A DNA stretch of 64,000 nucleotides from a virus, in the IMG/VR virus record IMGVR_UViG_3300027801_000011, positions 51,310-115,309 of that record; one strand, 5' to 3'. Shown piece after piece: positions 1 to 7,515 of this stretch. The notes below the pieces were generated by a model. That model made no database searches. It was given only the letters and a program-made list of their open reading frames with translations, and had not been told where the DNA came from. Made by a program: the position numbers and the translations under genes. Every line of letters starts with the position of its first letter. Position 1 is the first letter of the stretch.

Positions 1-507
1 ATAATTACCAAGATCACTATCCACGGGTACAGCATAGACAATAGTGTTAGGTTGAAATGTGATATATTTAATGCCATCGATAGTCTTATTCTCAGTATCA
101 TCAGTCCACATAAGATCGCCCTGTAGAACGCCTTTGATACCAAGTTTAGAGAATTCAGTAAGTGCCACCTTGAATTTACTATTCAATGCACCAGATAGAT
201 CATCATCAATTTCCTTAATAGACTTATACAATTTGGGATTAACATTAAACACAGACTTTTTGGCAACAAAGAACTTACCATCATCGGGGTCTATACCAGC
301 AAAGATCGCTGGTGCGCCATCCCATTTGACAGTCATATTAACAGAAGAACGAGAAGAACCAGCCAACATATCACGTAGAGAACGAAGGAAGTTCAATGCT
401 GCCCTACCACCATCAACACCAAAGTTAATGATCTCATCCTCTAAGTGTTCAAGATGTAAGTTCTTGCCACCTTTATCTTCAGTAATCATTGTATTAAATT
501 TCATCAT
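1..507 (-). CDS. Conserved marine T4-like phage protein (DUF6267-like), runs off the window edge
   Basis: Not in the ORF track. Manual translation from ATG 507: MMKFNTMITEDKGGKNLHLEHLEDEIINFGVDGG...TVKWDGAPAIFAGIDPDDGKFFVAKKSVFN..., open to position 1. A promoter lies directly upstream. Confidence 0.75.
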   Translation of the reverse strand, partial: MMKFNTMITEDKGGKNLHLEHLEDEIINFGVDGGRAALNFLRSLRDMLAGSSRSSVNMTVKWDGAPAIFAGIDPDDGKFFVAKKSVFNVNPKLYKSIKEIDDDLSGALNSKFKVALTEFSKLGIKGVLQGDLMWTDDTENKTIDGIKYITFQPNTIVYAVPVDSDLGNY

Positions 508-512
508 GCTTC

Positions 513-543
513 TATTTATATCATAAACAATATAGTATGTCAA
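513..543 (-). promoter_or_regulatory. Composite sigma70 (TTGACA-17-TATAAA, TGn extended) plus T4 late (TATAAATA) promoter
   Basis: Minus strand TTGACA 543-538, 17 nt spacer, TATAAA 520-515 within TATAAATA 520-513; ATG follows 5 nt later. Confidence 0.8.
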
Positions 544-548
544 GTCAC

Positions 549-556
549 AATAAATA
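549..556 (+). promoter_or_regulatory. Late-promoter variant AATAAATA
   Basis: One mismatch to TATAAATA, exactly 5 nt before ATG 562. Confidence 0.5.
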
Positions 557-561
557 GAATA

Positions 562-765
562 ATGCCAGATAGATACGGAGAAAATACAAGAGAATGGATG
601 ATCATGTATAGTGATATAGAGATGGATAAAGAGTGGCATACGACTGCCTGTATAGGGGTTTGCACGCTCGAGGATGACGTATGCATAGGGTGTAATAGGA
701 CTATGGATGAGATTAGAGAAGCGTATATAGAGAGTATGCGGAGAGATTCCCATATAATCCCATAG
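562..765 (+). CDS. DUF1289-family small Cys-rich (putative Fe-S/Zn) protein
   Basis: TACIGVCTLEDDVCIGCNRTMDEI matches the DUF1289 pattern CxxxC...CxGCxRTxxEI. Confidence 0.8.
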   Translation: MPDRYGENTREWMIMYSDIEMDKEWHTTACIGVCTLEDDVCIGCNRTMDEIREAYIESMRRDSHIIP

Positions 766-774
766 GAACCCATA
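749..774 (+). repeat. Three CCCATA hexamers at exact 10-bp phasing (iteron-like)
   Basis: CCCATA at 749, 759 and 769, followed by an AT-rich tract at about 775-810. Confidence 0.6.
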
Positions 775-885
775 AAATAGGGTATTTAAATAAAGGTTAA
801 AATAAACATGATGCCGTTGTGATATGAATTTGTAGACTCTCAGCATAAGCTCCACACAGCCCTCAGAATTATTATAGAAAGGGAC

Positions 886-914
886 TTGACAATGGCCCCA
901 TATAGGTGTATATT
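886..914 (+). promoter_or_regulatory. sigma70-type early promoter
   Basis: TTGACA 886-891, 17 nt, TATATT 909-914. Confidence 0.7.
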
Positions 915-1001
915 AGGCCATGCTGGGCTTTTAAGGGTAGCTATAGAGTGTAACATTAATACAACACAGAGATAATAAACACAAATAAGCTAAATGAGTG
1001 C

Positions 1002-1030
1002 TTGACATATCCCTGCCAGCCATGTATAGT
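1002..1030 (+). promoter_or_regulatory. sigma70-type early promoter
   Basis: TTGACA 1002-1007, 17 nt, TATAGT 1025-1030. Confidence 0.8.
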
Positions 1031-1066
1031 ATTACTATAATGAGGATTAACGGTAAGGATAGAGAG

Positions 1067-1285
1067 ATGACTGAATTAACACTAGTGGCAGACGGCTGGA
1101 TGGAGAAGGGTGTACGAGTGGTATGCTGGAGATATGGTTCATATGACTATGAGATAGAGATATACAATATGAAGCTAACATCTAAGGAGACTAAGGTCAC
1201 TATACCGTATAAGGCCTCCTATGAGGCGACTATCGCCCATGTTAAGGAGATGTGTGCAGCTACTAACGCCTGTTGTGTGTATTAA
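1067..1285 (+). CDS. Hypothetical early protein
   Basis: ORF 998..1285; start moved to ATG 1067 because the upstream part overlaps the promoter and a purine-rich RBS precedes 1067. Confidence 0.6.
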   Translation: MTELTLVADGWMEKGVRVVCWRYGSYDYEIEIYNMKLTSKETKVTIPYKASYEATIAHVKEMCAATNACCVY

Positions 1286-1295
1286 AAGAAAGTAC

Positions 1296-1324
1296 TTGAC
1301 ATATACCTTATAGTGTGTTATAGT
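1296..1324 (+). promoter_or_regulatory. sigma70-type early promoter (extended -10)
   Basis: TTGACA 1296-1301, 17 nt, TG-T-TATAGT ending 1324. Confidence 0.8.
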
Positions 1325-1330
1325 ACTAAT

Positions 1331-1422
1331 AGAATTGAGAGAGTGATTCGTTAAGGTTGGATGGGTCATGTTAAAGTTCCACAATGGTGGTGTGACAAGT
1401 GAGTCGATCCTCTCTCAGCTCT
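1331..1422 (+). ncRNA. Candidate structured small RNA (about 92 nt)
   Basis: Starts at the expected +1 of promoter 1296-1324 with no plus-strand ORF. AGAATTGAGAGAG/CTCTCTCAGCTCT, TGATTCG/TGAGTCG, GTCATG/TGTGAC and CCAC-AATG-GTGG form nested stems. Confidence 0.5.
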
Positions 1423-1488
1423 CTCTAAGAAGGGTGGCCCCTTTAAACTGGCCGCCAATGTCTAATCTATAAATGTAATAAGTATCCA

Positions 1489-1692
1489 ATGAAACATCTA
1501 ACAGCAACTGAAAGGATCAACCCCCCAATGGCCAATTCCCCTATATCTTTAAGCTCCTCAGAGGCAATCACAATATCAGTATTAGAGAAGGAACTTGGTT
1601 CACCCTCTATAGATTCCCGATACAGAGAATGTATCATTAGGAGAATTGAGTACATCAAGGAGAACTTACAGGACAACATGGCCACCCCCTAA
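1489..1692 (+). CDS. Hypothetical protein
   Basis: 67-aa ORF in the direction of the early promoters; no recognisable motif. Confidence 0.45.
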   Translation: MKHLTATERINPPMANSPISLSSSEAITISVLEKELGSPSIDSRYRECIIRRIEYIKENLQDNMATP

Positions 1693-1753
1693 AACTGGAA
1701 GGGGGCCATATCCCTTAACTGGGAATAAAAATTCAGCTGGCCCAAAAAAAGAC

Positions 1754-1782
1754 TTGACAAGGCTGTTTATATGTGTTACTAT
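1754..1782 (+). promoter_or_regulatory. sigma70-type early promoter (extended -10)
   Basis: A-tract UP element, TTGACA 1754-1759, 17 nt, TG-T-TACTAT ending 1782. Confidence 0.75.
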
Positions 1783-1815
1783 AACACTTAACAATTGAGA
1801 AGGAACTACTACACT

Positions 1816-2136
1816 ATGAATGAATACAATATTGGCGACACCGTGTCCTATCTGGACGAATATAACGGAATGAAGTCTGGAGTTATCGCAGAGGTTGCCT
1901 CTGATATGGACTCCTATAACGATATGAAGCTTGAGGATGGTATTCCTTACTATGCTTCGAAGAAGCTGACAGCAGCTGCGAATAAGAAGTTAAAAAATGA
2001 AGCGAAAGCTCCGTTAACCTCTCCCGTATATGCGAAGGTCAAGCCGAAGAACATGGAATCAGTCTTCCTTATTCTGAAGAAGGATTTGGCGGCTGTTGAG
2101 GAGGAGTTTATCATGATGGATGATGTTATTGGATAA
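1816..2136 (+). CDS. Hypothetical protein
   Basis: ORF 1795..2136; ATG 1816 follows the GAGAAGGA RBS. Confidence 0.7.
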   Translation: MNEYNIGDTVSYLDEYNGMKSGVIAEVASDMDSYNDMKLEDGIPYYASKKLTAAANKKLKNEAKAPLTSPVYAKVKPKNMESVFLILKKDLAAVEEEFIMMDDVIG

Positions 2137-2674
2137 CCTTATAAGGACTGTGGATGGCGCTCTTAGTGCTGAGCAGTGTGATTACCTTATCGATATGTTT
2201 GAGAGGAACGTAGCTCTTCAAGAGACGCAGATGAATGGCAAAGGCCAATCATTAACCCGTATGAATTTGATGGGTTCCTCTCATACCCCCTTTAGAGAAG
2301 ACTTGGATTACTTAACCAAGGTCTTTAGTGCTGGTGTGGAGAAGTACAAGGCTGCATGTGGTATTCAGTCATGGCAGTTCCCGAAGAAGTATGCCCTAGA
2401 GGCCATAAAAATCAAGCGATACGAGCCTGATACTAATGAGAGCTTCCCCGATCATATAGATGTGATGGATTTAGAGATGAGCCGCCGTTTTTTGGTGATG
2501 TTTATCTACCTTACTGACAATGAGGGTGGTCAGACGTTCGTACAGGACTTTGTAAGCCCCTGTAAGCAAGGCACTATGCTATTGTTCCCACCTATGTGGC
2601 CTTGGGTTCATTCAGGCGAGTCTCCTGTGAAAACATCTAAGTATATTTTAGGGAGTTATCTGCATTATGTCTAG
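2120..2674 (+). CDS. 2OG-Fe(II) oxygenase (prolyl-4-hydroxylase-like)
   Basis: HxD (PDHID), FIYLTDNEGGQT, LLFPPMWPWVHSG and the terminal KY motif. Confidence 0.85.
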   Translation: MMLLDNLIRTVDGALSAEQCDYLIDMFERNVALQETQMNGKGQSLTRMNLMGSSHTPFREDLDYLTKVFSAGVEKYKAACGIQSWQFPKKYALEAIKIKRYEPDTNESFPDHIDVMDLEMSRRFLVMFIYLTDNEGGQTFVQDFVSPCKQGTMLLFPPMWPWVHSGESPVKTSKYILGSYLHYV

Positions 2675-3317
2675 TTTATCTCGTTTGGCTGGTTCTGTGA
2701 CGCCGGGCGCTACATTCAGTGAGAAGTTTAAGGCGAAAGTGGTTGACTTGGAACAGTCGATGCACTATAATACCGAACGAGCCACTGGAACTTGCGTTGG
2801 TGGCACCGAAGGCTATACGATGGCCGAGATGAACGATGCCCTACGGAATGATATAAGAGAATCAGGCGATTCGTTTCAAGGTCGGAACTCTTCTACTGCC
2901 TCCTTTATGACAAGATGGGACATGCATCAAACCTATGGTTCATTTTCTCTTCTGGGTGATCTAGCAATAGAGGCAGCCGCAGACATACCCCTGGCGATAC
3001 GGACGTTTGCTGATGGAAGTCCTAATCCTATATCTCTTTACGTTCAAGAGAGCTGGGGTTTGATATATAATAAGGGTCATACGTGTAAAACGCATACGCA
3101 TTGGCCTTCCACGTGGTCTTACACCTATTGTGTGGATGCATGTGAGAAATGTGCGCCTCTTTGTTTCCCAACAAATGATGGTGTTCATCCTATACCCCCA
3201 AAGCAAGGGCAGTTAATACTCTTTCCTTCTTGGGTTAATCACTTTGTGCCAGAGCATGAGTGTGATCACGAAAGAATTATGATCTCTGGCAACCTAGACG
3301 TAGATTGGAAAAAGTAA
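2667..3317 (+). CDS. Putative 2OG-Fe(II) oxygenase (TIGR02466-like, HxH type)
   Basis: WGLIY...HTHWPSTWSYTYCV...GQLILFPSWVNHFV...ERIMISGN. Confidence 0.85.
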   Translation: MSSLSRLAGSVTPGATFSEKFKAKVVDLEQSMHYNTERATGTCVGGTEGYTMAEMNDALRNDIRESGDSFQGRNSSTASFMTRWDMHQTYGSFSLLGDLAIEAAADIPLAIRTFADGSPNPISLYVQESWGLIYNKGHTCKTHTHWPSTWSYTYCVDACEKCAPLCFPTNDGVHPIPPKQGQLILFPSWVNHFVPEHECDHERIMISGNLDVDWKK

Positions 3318-3964
3318 TGCAAGGTAAAATGAGTTTAAAAGAATTAAGTGCTATGGTTAATGTCAACAATAAGGCGTTCGATGCTAATCGACGGCCTGAT
3401 ATGTACCAGCATCCGAAGAACAGACCCTTTCAAGTGGGATATCCGCTCATTCAACAGCATGTTGATCTGCCAGAGGGTGTAGATGAGGAACTTATACAGA
3501 TTATCAAGGGCCGAGGTGATACACAACGTCACAAAACGAACGTCAAAGCGGATATGACGGATTGGTTCATGCAAAAACAGCACCCACAGTTTCAATTGGT
3601 GGGCGATGTAGCGATTGAACTCGCAAAACGTGAGTCTCCCTATGACATGGCGATGGAACTGTTCGATTGTTGGGGTGTCATCTATCAAAAAGACGATTGG
3701 ACAAAGGCCCACGATCATTGGCCTCACCCGTGGTCGTTCGTTTATTACATAAGATGCGGAGTAGACGATTCGCCCCTAGCGTTCCCCGATGGATATCAAG
3801 GTGAGCATCATTTGAAGCCTGTTTCTGGTGACATGATCCTCTTTCCAGGCCATTTGAGGCACAAAGTACCCAGACAAACGCATGATTCAGAGAGAATCAT
3901 AGTGGCAGGGAACATTTCACCCATGCTTTTACCTTTGGCACACCCTTTTAGAAGGTTTGATTAG
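3317..3964 (+). CDS. Putative 2OG-Fe(II) oxygenase (TIGR02466-like), paralogue of the upstream gene
   Basis: WGVIY...HDHWPHPWSFVYYI...GDMILFPGHLRHKV...ERIIVAGN; ATG 3317 overlaps the upstream TAA (TAATG). Confidence 0.85.
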   Translation: MQGKMSLKELSAMVNVNNKAFDANRRPDMYQHPKNRPFQVGYPLIQQHVDLPEGVDEELIQIIKGRGDTQRHKTNVKADMTDWFMQKQHPQFQLVGDVAIELAKRESPYDMAMELFDCWGVIYQKDDWTKAHDHWPHPWSFVYYIRCGVDDSPLAFPDGYQGEHHLKPVSGDMILFPGHLRHKVPRQTHDSERIIVAGNISPMLLPLAHPFRRFD

Positions 3965-3980
3965 TCTAAATAAACTTCAC

Positions 3981-4199
3981 ATGACAATAAGAACCACAAA
4001 AACGGGAAACAAGTTTCGTGTAATGGTCTTAGAAGACCCTAATGTTCCAGATGTGTATCTGGAGTATCAGAGCGGACTGAGCTTTGAGGAGGCACATGAG
4101 ATGTTAGCCTTCTACGCAGACCAAGGAAAGAATGACTTGGTACTTGAAGAATACTATCCAGATGCTAATCGTATAGGACGCAATCCCGAGCTCCATTAA
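3981..4199 (+). CDS. Hypothetical protein
   Basis: ORF 3957..4199; ATG 3981 follows the late-like TCTAAATA 3965-3972. Confidence 0.6.
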   Translation: MTIRTTKTGNKFRVMVLEDPNVPDVYLEYQSGLSFEEAHEMLAFYADQGKNDLVLEEYYPDANRIGRNPELH

Positions 4200-4203
4200 T
4201 CCT

Positions 4204-4211
4204 TATAAATA
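4204..4211 (+). promoter_or_regulatory. T4 late promoter
   Basis: TATAAATA, 5 nt before the gp5 ATG. Confidence 0.85.
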
Positions 4212-4216
4212 GGTTT

Positions 4217-5731
4217 ATGGAAACAGAAAATCAATATTTTATGGGCATGGACGGATTCGTATGGTTCGTTGGTGTTGTTGAAGATCGTAACGATCCAGAC
4301 CAACAAGGCAGGGTTCGAATACGCTGTCTAGGATATCATAGTCAGAACCATCATGAGGTTCCAACAACTGATCTACCTTGGGCTCACGTTATGCATCCCG
4401 TCACAGACCCTTCTATGCATGGAATGGGCAACAGTCCTTCTTGGCTTGTTGAAGGCTCTTGGATTATCGGATTCTTTCGAGATGCAATAGAGAAACAACA
4501 ACCCATCATCATAGGTTCAATGCCTGGCCAACCTTCTGAGGTTGCGAACTACCGAACAGGGTTCAACGATCCTCGACACAAAGAGTCCACTCAGACAAAT
4601 GATGCTGGTATTAAAGAATATGCAGCCAACCCAGAAGATGAGGCGGATTACGGCCCCTATCCTTTGGGAGCGATAAAGGATAACTCTCTACCAGAAGACA
4701 AACAAACGAAATTCAGTAGGTTCTCTGGACACACTGTCGGAGAAACGGACACAAGTCGTTTGGGTAGAGGTATAACATCAGAAAATCATGCTGCACTATC
4801 ACGAAGACGCAAGCAACGCCGTACGAAGATACCTACTGCCACCAAACCATTCATACCTACGGTTGAAAACCTTAGTGTAAATGGAACTAATAAAGCAGAT
4901 GTGATGAAACCGTGGGATGAATTGCATCCTAAAGGTCTAACCAAGGATGCATCTCCCTATATCTCAGCCGCTTATCCATACAACCACGTATATGAGAGCG
5001 AGTCTGGTCATCTTATGGAGATTGACGATACGCCAGGCGGAGAAAGACTCCACAGAGAGCATATGTCTGGTACGTTTGAAGAGATTCATCCAAAAGGAGA
5101 TAAGGTTGTCAAGGTTGTCGGATCGAACTACGAGATTATCGCTGGTTCCTCTAATGTTATTATAACAGGAGATGTAAATCTTACAATAGAAGGCACGAAG
5201 AAAGAACTTATCAAGGGAGATTACGTTCTAGAGGTAGAAGGCGATTATACGAGGAAGATACATAAGAACGAGAGAATGAAAGTTGGGTCTGGAATAGGTG
5301 GCAACCTAGAACAAGAGATTGTTGGAAACAATTCCTTCAATATCAATGGTGCAGTAAAGGGCCGGATTAATAAAGACTCCGATACTACCATTGTAGGAAA
5401 CCAACAACACACCGTAGAGGGATTCCAACGTACTTCTATCACAGGAGACATCGGCAGGAAGTCTACTAAGGGTTCTATTATGGATGAGGCGTTTGTTAAC
5501 TACTCTCAACTGTCGATATCTGGTATCATGTCTGTCAAGTCTGGTACAACAGGTAACTTTAAGACTGCTGATGTCATGACAATTCATTCAGAGGCCGCAA
5601 CCAATTGGCGTTCCGAAGGCTTGGTTACAGAAACCTTCGAAGCAAGTCATACTAATAACACTACAGGGATTTTCGACTTGAACGTATCGACTGAAGTTGA
5701 TATCGACAGTGCGTTGATTAACTTAAACTAG
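4217..5731 (+). CDS. gp5: Baseplate hub/spike protein gp5 (no lysozyme domain)
   Basis: FVWFVGVVEDRNDP..GRVRIRCLGYH..LPWA OB domain, YPYNHVYESESGH..EIDDTPGGERL and VxGxxxxx beta-helix repeats. Confidence 0.95.
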   Translation: METENQYFMGMDGFVWFVGVVEDRNDPDQQGRVRIRCLGYHSQNHHEVPTTDLPWAHVMHPVTDPSMHGMGNSPSWLVEGSWIIGFFRDAIEKQQPIIIGSMPGQPSEVANYRTGFNDPRHKESTQTNDAGIKEYAANPEDEADYGPYPLGAIKDNSLPEDKQTKFSRFSGHTVGETDTSRLGRGITSENHAALSRRRKQRRTKIPTATKPFIPTVENLSVNGTNKADVMKPWDELHPKGLTKDASPYISAAYPYNHVYESESGHLMEIDDTPGGERLHREHMSGTFEEIHPKGDKVVKVVGSNYEIIAGSSNVIITGDVNLTIEGTKKELIKGDYVLEVEGDYTRKIHKNERMKVGSGIGGNLEQEIVGNNSFNINGAVKGRINKDSDTTIVGNQQHTVEGFQRTSITGDIGRKSTKGSIMDEAFVNYSQLSISGIMSVKSGTTGNFKTADVMTIHSEAATNWRSEGLVTETFEASHTNNTTGIFDLNVSTEVDIDSALINLN

Positions 5732-5739
5732 GAGATGTT

Positions 5740-6036
5740 ATGCCAGAAGTAACAAGAGTGGAATCAGACCAGCATGTAGGACACGCAAGTCCTACGCCAG
5801 GCCCATTCCACAAAACAGCATATGCAACAGGTTCGCCAGATGTGTTTGTGAATGGTAAAAAGTGTACACGTATTACAGACACTACGGCTTGTGGTGATCC
5901 AGCTGTGGTAGGAAGTGCAACTGTATTTGCAAACGGTCTTAAAGTTCATCGTAAAGGTGACGGGACAGGTGGTCATGCTTCATGGGTTCCTAATGCTTCT
6001 GCATCTGGTTCACCTAATGTGTTTGCTGGAGGTTAA
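5740..6036 (+). CDS. gp5.4: PAAR spike-tip protein
   Basis: GSPDVFVNG, GSATVFANG and GSPNVFAG repeats with His/Cys ligands; follows gp5. Confidence 0.92.
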   Translation: MPEVTRVESDQHVGHASPTPGPFHKTAYATGSPDVFVNGKKCTRITDTTACGDPAVVGSATVFANGLKVHRKGDGTGGHASWVPNASASGSPNVFAGG

Positions 6037-6038
6037 CT

Positions 6039-6758
6039 ATGGATTTTAATGTACCTAATTTGCCAGGCGCTAGTGCCATATACAATAAGATTGCAGCCAA
6101 AGTTGCGGATATCGAAAAGGATATTAAAGCAGCGCTAGATATTACGGCTTCTGAAATCAAAGCGATCATGGATGCTAACATGGTAGACCTTGTGGAAAGA
6201 ACCAAAGGTCTTATTCCAGAGTTGCCGACTACCACTCCTGTAAATTTTCAAGCAGAGGTGGAAGGTTTGCTTTCTATGGCACCCACTAGTGCTATCTATG
6301 CGGAAAAGCTTGCATCACTAACAACAAGTTTTGGCCCAGGCCTAAAAGATGCTGGATATGCGTTAGATGATTTGGTAGTTGCTGGAGCAGCTGCATTGAA
6401 AGGTGATGCTGCCAGTCTGGCCGGAGCAATACCTAACTTTGAAATACCGCCTGGTTCTCTAGATGCAATTGAAGTTGCACACGCATCTTTAATGCCAGAC
6501 CTGTTAACCTTAAAAGAGGCCGCTCATAAATTTTCGGAAGATGTTTCGGAAGATGATATCAAAGGATTGTTTGGAGATAAGTTCTCTACGGAAGAATTAA
6601 ATAAAACCAAAACTGCTATGGAAGCTCATGCGAAACAGATTGAAAAGGTATGGGGAGCTAAAATGAAAAGACTTGGAGTTGAAATTGAAGCAAGGGCAGA
6701 AGAAGTTAGAAAAGATTCACAAAACATCGGCACTTCAGCTGAAGTTATATCACTATAG
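6039..6758 (+). CDS. Hypothetical alpha-helical protein in the baseplate operon
   Basis: 239-aa ORF with GGAGG RBS, tightly packed after gp5.4. Confidence 0.75.
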   Translation: MDFNVPNLPGASAIYNKIAAKVADIEKDIKAALDITASEIKAIMDANMVDLVERTKGLIPELPTTTPVNFQAEVEGLLSMAPTSAIYAEKLASLTTSFGPGLKDAGYALDDLVVAGAAALKGDAASLAGAIPNFEIPPGSLDAIEVAHASLMPDLLTLKEAAHKFSEDVSEDDIKGLFGDKFSTEELNKTKTAMEAHAKQIEKVWGAKMKRLGVEIEARAEEVRKDSQNIGTSAEVISL

Positions 6759-6766
6759 GATTAGTT

Positions 6767-7030
6767 ATGGGTAAGAAGAAATCAAGAGAAGGACAAACAT
6801 CGAAAGGTGAGCGTAGGAATGTTGTTGCTGGGAAGGGCCCCGATTGGAGTCCCCTAGAAACTCTACATCATAAGGTAGATGCTTGGAAACGGGGGAAACC
6901 AGTAATGCTAACTATTGCTAACCCTATTAAGAGTGAAACGTCAAAACCATTTGTAAAAGTACAAGCAACAGACGTTTGGGGTAAATATACTCCTTATCTA
7001 ATGAAGCACAATCCTGCCGCCGGAGTATAA
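6767..7030 (+). CDS. Hypothetical basic protein
   Basis: 87-aa ORF with AGGA RBS; MGKKKSR..TSKGERRNV. Confidence 0.7.
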   Translation: MGKKKSREGQTSKGERRNVVAGKGPDWSPLETLHHKVDAWKRGKPVMLTIANPIKSETSKPFVKVQATDVWGKYTPYLMKHNPAAGV

Positions 7031-7033
7031 ATA
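7026..7033 (+). promoter_or_regulatory. T4 late promoter
   Basis: TATAAATA followed by GAAGAAG, the same context as 15296. Confidence 0.85.
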
Positions 7034-7050
7034 GAAGAAGGAGTTAATAA

Positions 7051-7515
7051 ATGTCTACTACGAATACAAATTATGCATGGCGAAATACCGATGTTGCTCG
7101 TGATGCCGCTGGAGCAGGGGCATCCCGTAGTTCCAATTTGTATACAGACCTTGATTTATTCTTTAGTAAAAACAATACTACTGGTGACGTTAATACACTA
7201 ACAGATGTTGCCGCTGTTAAGCGGTCTATACGTAATTTGGTATTGACCAATCAATATGAGAAACCCTTTCATCCAGAAATTTTCTCTGGGGTAAGGGGGC
7301 AGTTGTTTGAACTGATGACTCCTATAACAGCAGTCATTATAGCACGCCAAGTTGAAGATGTTATCACAAACTTTGAACCAAGGGCCAGACTAGTTGGTGT
7401 ACGTGCTACACCAGACCTTGATCGTAATATGTATGAAATAACCGTAGAATTTTATATTGTTAATGCTCCTACTGAATTGGTTGACTTAACACTAACATTA
7501 GAGAGAGTACGATAA
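7051..7515 (+). CDS. gp25: Baseplate wedge subunit gp25
   Basis: YTDLDLFF..AVKRSIRNLVLTN.YEKPFHPE..LFE..FEPRA. Confidence 0.95.
   Translation: MSTTNTNYAWRNTDVARDAAGAGASRSSNLYTDLDLFFSKNNTTGDVNTLTDVAAVKRSIRNLVLTNQYEKPFHPEIFSGVRGQLFELMTPITAVIIARQVEDVITNFEPRARLVGVRATPDLDRNMYEITVEFYIVNAPTELVDLTLTLERVR

Noticed and set aside
59-526. 155-aa plus-strand ORF in the track
   Set aside because: Antisense shadow of the real minus-strand gene 507..1, which has conserved-looking motifs and its own promoter.
1331-1422. tRNA
   Set aside because: No cloverleaf, T-arm GTTC.A motif or CCA end. No tRNA was recognised anywhere in the window.
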